52,136 bases of DNA from an uncultured Candidatus Saccharibacteria bacterium (GTDB lineage Bacteria; Patescibacteriota; Minisyncoccia; JAHISW01; Tagabacteraceae): NCBI GenBank assembly GCA_964601305.1, contig CAZRMW010000005.1, positions 1 to 52,136 of the forward strand, given 5' to 3'. Made by a program: the position numbers and the translations under genes. Below the pieces are notes generated by a model. That model had not been told where the DNA came from, ran no database searches, and was given only the letters and a program-made list of their open reading frames with translations. Position 1 is the stretch's first letter. Each line of letters opens with the position of its first letter. Shown piece by piece: positions 47,979 through 52,136 of this stretch.

Positions 47979-48863
47979 ATGAAAAAATTTGTTTTATTAT
48001 TTTTGCCAGTATTTTTATTAACAGCGGGTGTCGTTTTTGCCCAGGACGAGTCTATAGAGGCAGTAGCTATTACAGAAGAAGTAGAAGCGGAGATTACCGC
48101 AGAAGATTTGGGCGTAAAAGAGCCGACACTTCTTCCAGACAGCCCATTTTATTTTCTAAAAGAATGGAACAGAGGTATAGGCAATTTTTTTACCTTCAAT
48201 CCTGTAAAGAAAGCAGAAAGAAGGCTGGCGCAGGCCAATGAAAGATTGGTAGAAGCACAGAAGCTAGCAGAAGAAGAGGGCAACGAAGAAATTGCAGTTT
48301 TGGCTATGGAGAAATACGAAAAAGCTATAGAAAAAACTAGTGAAAGAATAGAAATTTTAAGAGAGAAAGAAAAAGATAATGAAAAATTTCAAAACTTGGT
48401 AGACAAATTTGCACAAGATGGTTTGCTTCAAGACCGTTTTATAAACAAGATTCAAAAAAGATTAGAAAAAGCTCCGGAGGAAAAAAGAAAAAGAGTAGAA
48501 GCTGTGAGAGAAAAAGCTATTGCAAGATGGGGTAAAACTTTAAGCGATGTAGATAAAGAAAAAATAGGTGAGAGATTAGAAAAAGCAGAGCAAAAAATTG
48601 AAAAGAAAGGAATTAAAAATTTTAATAATTTGGAAGTTCTTAGAAGGGTAGAAGAAAAAGTACCAGAAGAGGCAAAACCTGCTCTTAGAAAAGCTCAGGA
48701 AAATACTTATAAGAGGATAGAAGCGAAGAGAATAGAAAGTAAAAAAATTGAAGGCAATGCAAACAGTGTGCGCAGTGTAAAAAAAATAAATACAAGAAAT
48801 ATAAAAGCTGAAGCAGCAAAAGCTAAACCAGTTTCAACGACAGCAACAAAAAAGGAGAATTAA
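47979..48863 (+). CDS. Secreted coiled-coil protein (DUF5667-like)
   Basis: Signal peptide, LLPDSPFYFLKEWNRGIGNFF motif, Glu/Lys-rich helices. Confidence 0.65.
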   Translation: MKKFVLLFLPVFLLTAGVVFAQDESIEAVAITEEVEAEITAEDLGVKEPTLLPDSPFYFLKEWNRGIGNFFTFNPVKKAERRLAQANERLVEAQKLAEEEGNEEIAVLAMEKYEKAIEKTSERIEILREKEKDNEKFQNLVDKFAQDGLLQDRFINKIQKRLEKAPEEKRKRVEAVREKAIARWGKTLSDVDKEKIGERLEKAEQKIEKKGIKNFNNLEVLRRVEEKVPEEAKPALRKAQENTYKRIEAKRIESKKIEGNANSVRSVKKINTRNIKAEAAKAKPVSTTATKKEN

Positions 48864-48869
48864 AAATAA

Positions 48870-49805
48870 ATGAGAATTGAGAGTAACGTTTTATTGACTC
48901 CCTATACTAATTTCAGAATTGGGGGGCCAGCCAAATATTTTGCTAAAGCAAAAAGCGTTGGCGATGTGCCAGCTCTTTGTAGGTGGGCGCAGAAAAAAAA
49001 TCTACCCACCTTTGTTCTTGGAAGTGGTACAAATCTGCTTGTTTCAGACAGTGGTTTTAATGGTTTAGTAATAAAGCCAGTTTTTAGCGAACTTAAAATT
49101 TCCGGACAGCGTGCCTGTTCTGGTGCGGGTCTTTTGCTCTCAAAGTTGATTAATAGAGTTTCTAATGAAGGGTTATCTGGCTTGGAGTGGGCTTCGGGCA
49201 TTCCAGGTACTGTTGGTGGAGCTGTTTGCGGAAATGCGGGTGCTTTTGGAAGTAGTTTGTCAGATTATATAAGAAGCGTTAAGGTCTTTGATTTAAAAGA
49301 TTTTTCCGTTTATGACCTAGATAGAAATGATTGCGACTTTTCTTATAGAAACTCTGTTTTTTCTAATTCTAATTTAATTATTCTTGGCGTTAATTTTATT
49401 TTTAAAAAAAGAAATACAGATTCTATAAAAAAAGAAATACAAAAAATTTTAGAAAAGAGATCTTATTTGTCCACTTTGGGTAAGCATAGCGCTGGTTGTT
49501 TTTTTAAAAATGTTTCTTGGAAAAGAAAAGACATAGACAAAGAAGCTTTGCTAAAAAATTTTCCAGAATTAAAACGGTTTGCAGATAAAGAAAAAATTTC
49601 CATAGGGTTTCTTATAGATAATTTAAGTTTGAAGGGTAAAAAAATTGGAGGTGCCTTTGTATCAGACAAGCACGCCAACTTTATTTTAAATAGTGGCAAT
49701 GCAAAAGCAGAAGAGGTCTTAATGCTTTCTAGTTTTGTGAAGCACAAAATTTTTTCTCATTACGGATTTTCTCCAGAAGAAGAAGTTCGACTTATTGGGT
49801 TCTAG
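48870..49805 (+). CDS. murB: UDP-N-acetylenolpyruvoylglucosamine reductase
   Basis: AAGGAG precedes ATG 48870. FAD-binding domain (TNFRIGGPAKYF, LGSGTNLLVSDSGFNG); C-terminal MurB domain (AGCFFKN, GGAFVSDKHANFILN). Confidence 0.9.
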   Translation: MRIESNVLLTPYTNFRIGGPAKYFAKAKSVGDVPALCRWAQKKNLPTFVLGSGTNLLVSDSGFNGLVIKPVFSELKISGQRACSGAGLLLSKLINRVSNEGLSGLEWASGIPGTVGGAVCGNAGAFGSSLSDYIRSVKVFDLKDFSVYDLDRNDCDFSYRNSVFSNSNLIILGVNFIFKKRNTDSIKKEIQKILEKRSYLSTLGKHSAGCFFKNVSWKRKDIDKEALLKNFPELKRFADKEKISIGFLIDNLSLKGKKIGGAFVSDKHANFILNSGNAKAEEVLMLSSFVKHKIFSHYGFSPEEEVRLIGF

Positions 49806-49925
49806 TTGTCCACAACTTTTTTTATTTTTTTATATTTTTTTTAGTGAAAAAATTTTATAATTATAAGTAGGGACGCAGTTGAAATTTTTATTTAAAAATT
49901 TTTTTAGCACCCTGCATCTCTGTTT

Positions 49926-49945
49926 TGTCTGCTTGCTAGCAGACA
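49926..49945. repeat. TGTCTGCT-tgct-AGCAGACA hairpin followed by GGGTCGA box
   Basis: 49926-49933 pairs with 49938-49945. CAGGGTCGA (49944-49952) is also found after the pilA-leader hairpin (36695-36703). Confidence 0.6.
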
Positions 49946-49968
49946 GGGTCGATAAATATATTTTTAAA

Positions 49969-49990
49969 CTTGTCCGCCTCTGGCGGAAAA
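49969..49990 (+). repeat. Hairpin-forming direct repeat, copy 1 (upstream of H1-like gene)
   Basis: cttgtcCgcctctggcGgaaa; hairpin TCCGCC-TCT-GGCGGA (49973-49987). Confidence 0.8.
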
Positions 49991-49999
49991 TAAATTAAA

Positions 50000-50320
50000 A
50001 TGATTCGACGCAAAAAGAAGGTAGTAAAAAAGAAAGTTGCAAAGAAACCTGCTAAGAGAAAAGTTGTAAAGAAAAAAGCAGCTCCTAAGAAAAAGAAAGT
50101 CGTAAAGAAGAAGAAAGCGGCTCCTAAGAAAAAGAAAGTAGCAAAGAAAAAGCCAGCAAAGAAAAGAGTTGTGAAAAAGAAAAAAGCAGCTCCTAAGAAA
50201 AAGAAAGTCGTAAAAAAGAAGAAAGTCGCGAAGAAAAAGCCAGCAAAGAAGAGAGTTGTGAAAAAGAAAAAAGCAGCTCCTAAGAAAAAGAAAACAGTGC
50301 GAAGAAAAAAGAAAAAATAA
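50000..50320 (+). CDS. Histone-H1-like Lys/Ala/Pro-rich basic protein with internal tandem repeats
   Basis: 106 aa built from repeating [13 protein letters not shown] and [16 protein letters not shown] units. Followed by a strong terminator. Confidence 0.7.
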   Translation: MIRRKKKVVKKKVAKKPAKRKVVKKKAAPKKKKVVKKKKAAPKKKKVAKKKPAKKRVVKKKKAAPKKKKVVKKKKVAKKKPAKKRVVKKKKAAPKKKKTVRRKKKK

Positions 50321-50330
50321 TTTATTTTTT

Positions 50331-50351
50331 CTTGTCAGCCTCTGGCTGAAA
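50331..50351 (+). repeat. Hairpin-forming direct repeat, copy 2 (downstream of H1-like gene)
   Basis: cttgtcAgcctctggcTgaaa; hairpin TCAGCC-TCT-GGCTGA (50335-50349). The two differences from copy 1 are base-pair partners. Confidence 0.8.
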
Positions 50352-50382
50352 CCAACCCCTCTTACGAGGGGTTGGTTTTTTT
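50352..50382 (+). terminator. Rho-independent terminator
   Basis: CCAACCCCTC (50352-50361) pairs with GAGGGGTTGG (50366-50375), followed by T7. Confidence 0.85.
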
Positions 50383-50396
50383 GTTATACTGGCGTC

Positions 50397-52034
50397 ATGT
50401 CAATATTAACTAAAATTTTCGGCGACCCTAGTAAAAAATTTTTTAGTGATCTTTCTAAAATTGCAGAGAGCATAGACAGCCTAGAAGAAGACATAAAAAA
50501 GCTTTCAGACGATGAGTTAAAAAATAAAACATTAGAATTTAAACAAGAATTATCTCAAGGAAAAAACCTAGATGATATATTACTAGAGTCTTTCGCTGTG
50601 GTTAGAGAAGCCGCAAAAAGAACCTTAAATCAACGACATTTTAATTCTCAGCTTTTGGGTGGGCTTATTTTGCATCAGGGTAAAATTGCAGAAATGAAAA
50701 CTGGAGAAGGAAAAACTCTTACATCTACTCTCCCTATATATTTAAATGCTTTGTCAGGGAAAGGTGTGCATGTAGTTACTGTAAACGATTATCTAAGCAG
50801 AAGAGATGTGGTTTGGATGGGGCAGATTTATAATTTTCTTGGTCTTAGTGTTGGCTGTATAAACCACGATACTAGTTTTCTTTACGATCCCCACCACACA
50901 AATTTAGATGAAGAGAGAGACGAATTGGGCTCTTTTCGTGTGGTTCATGAGTTTTTAAAACCTTGCACAAGAAGAGAGGCTTACGAAGCAGATATTACTT
51001 ATGGTACAAACAATGAGTTTGGTTTTGATTATTTAAGAGACGGAATGGCCTACGGTGAAGAGCAAGTGGTGCAGGCTAAAGGTTTTAACTATGCAATTGT
51101 AGACGAGATAGATTCTATTTTAATAGACGAGGCTAGAACCCCGCTCATTATCTCTGCGCCAGATGAAGAGTCGGCAGATTTGTATAAAATATTTGCAAGT
51201 ATTGTTCCTAAACTTAAAGAGGAGGAAGATTATGAGGTAGACGAAAAACAAAAAGCAATTTCTGTAACAGATGAAGGAATAGAAAAGGTAGAAAAAATTT
51301 TAGGCGTAGAAAATATTTATACAGAAAAAGGAATAAAATATGTACACCATCTCAATCAGGCTTTGAGGGCGCGCGCAATTTTTAGTAAAGATAAAGATTA
51401 TGTAGTGAGGAAGGGCGAAATAGTAATAGTAGATGAATTTACAGGAAGATTAACTCCAGGAAGAAGATGGTCGGAAGGACTACACCAAGCTATAGAGGCG
51501 AAGGAAAATGTAGAAATACAAAAAGAGTCTAAAACTTTGGCAAGTATTACTTTTCAAAATTATTTTAGAATGTATGAGAAACTTTCTGGAATGACAGGTA
51601 CAGCATATACATCAGCAGAAGAATTTCACAAAGTTTATAAACTAGATGTTTATGAAGTACCGACTAACAAACCACTAGTAAGAAAAGACGAGCAGGATTT
51701 GGTTTATGCTACTGAAGAAGGGAAGCTCAAGGCGGTGGCAAGAGAAATAAAAGAGAGAAACAAGGTTGGTCAGCCTGTTTTGGTGGGCACGGTCTCTATA
51801 AGCAAAAACGAATATCTTTCGGCGCTACTTAAAAAAGAAGGTATAAAGCACCATGTGCTAAACGCAAAACAACATGAAGACGAAGGAGAAATAATTGCAC
51901 AGGCTGGAAAGAAGGGGAGAGTTACTGTTGCTACAAACATGGCGGGGCGTGGTGTGGATGTAAGTCTTGGGGGTAATCCTTCAACGCAGGAAGAAAAAAT
52001 TTTTGTAAAATACAAATTTGTTACTGGGAATTAA
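50397..52034 (+). CDS. secA: Preprotein translocase ATPase SecA, N-terminal ~545 aa only (ORF ends prematurely)
   Basis: [21 protein letters not shown] (Walker A), [19 protein letters not shown] (DEAD-like), TNMAGRGVD. The ORF stops right after [10 protein letters not shown], before the expected GTERHESRRIDNQLRGR motif. Confidence 0.9.
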   Translation: MSILTKIFGDPSKKFFSDLSKIAESIDSLEEDIKKLSDDELKNKTLEFKQELSQGKNLDDILLESFAVVREAAKRTLNQRHFNSQLLGGLILHQGKIAEMKTGEGKTLTSTLPIYLNALSGKGVHVVTVNDYLSRRDVVWMGQIYNFLGLSVGCINHDTSFLYDPHHTNLDEERDELGSFRVVHEFLKPCTRREAYEADITYGTNNEFGFDYLRDGMAYGEEQVVQAKGFNYAIVDEIDSILIDEARTPLIISAPDEESADLYKIFASIVPKLKEEEDYEVDEKQKAISVTDEGIEKVEKILGVENIYTEKGIKYVHHLNQALRARAIFSKDKDYVVRKGEIVIVDEFTGRLTPGRRWSEGLHQAIEAKENVEIQKESKTLASITFQNYFRMYEKLSGMTGTAYTSAEEFHKVYKLDVYEVPTNKPLVRKDEQDLVYATEEGKLKAVAREIKERNKVGQPVLVGTVSISKNEYLSALLKKEGIKHHVLNAKQHEDEGEIIAQAGKKGRVTVATNMAGRGVDVSLGGNPSTQEEKIFVKYKFVTGN

Positions 52035-52136
52035 TTATGGACAACCTTTCTTTGGTTTATGTTAAAAAATCTCAACAAAAAAAATATTAAAATATTTGAT
52101 AATATTAATTTTTTTTTTGTTAAGAGATTCATAACG

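Overview
AT-rich bacterial chromosome segment (about one-third GC by eye, standard genetic code). Gene content and style fit a Patescibacteria/CPR-type reduced genome: DUF5652/DUF5667-like small envelope proteins, a complete type IV pilus plus ComFC DNA-uptake cluster, a histone-H1-like protein, and gatCA without gatB. Core genes in order: ftsH, lon (split by a homopolymer frameshift), prkA-yeaH-spoVR plus a second PrkA-like gene, a GT2 membrane glycosyltransferase, a double zinc-ribbon protein, recG, 2-oxoacid:ferredoxin oxidoreductase alpha/beta/gamma, a GT4 glycosyltransferase, four minor pilins, comFC, pilM/N/O-like genes, pilB, a stand-alone receiver domain, pilT, pilC, pilA, pilD, ligA, a frameshifted MazF/PemK-like toxin, gatC, gatA, murB, an H1-like protein, and secA (ORF ends prematurely near the window edge). 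I folded seven tRNAs by hand: Ile(UAU), Arg(GCG), Ser(UGA), Ser(GCU) and two CAU tRNAs. The Ile(UAU) and Arg(GCG) anticodons are unusual for bacteria. There is no CRISPR array, rRNA, transposase or integrase. Best candidates for something undescribed: (1) a GC-rich, apparently foreign, self-contained cassette (about 643-2749) encoding an orphan 584-aa protein behind a structured leader, flanked by a GIY-YIG gene bracketed by inverted repeats and by an overlapping NYN-nuclease/unknown gene pair; (2) an islet between the two CAU tRNAs with a GC-richer peptidoglycan-binding-domain gene and three unannotated small-protein genes, two of which have paralogous promoters; (3) a pervasive repeat layer that the gene calls do not explain: 7-nt-periodic tracts inside housekeeping genes, short GC-rich hairpin families (one translated at the 5' end of ligA), near-identical 119-bp leader cassettes on the minor pilin genes, and 18-20-nt duplicates of tRNA-Ser ends. 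All functional calls come from motif recognition by eye. No database search was run.
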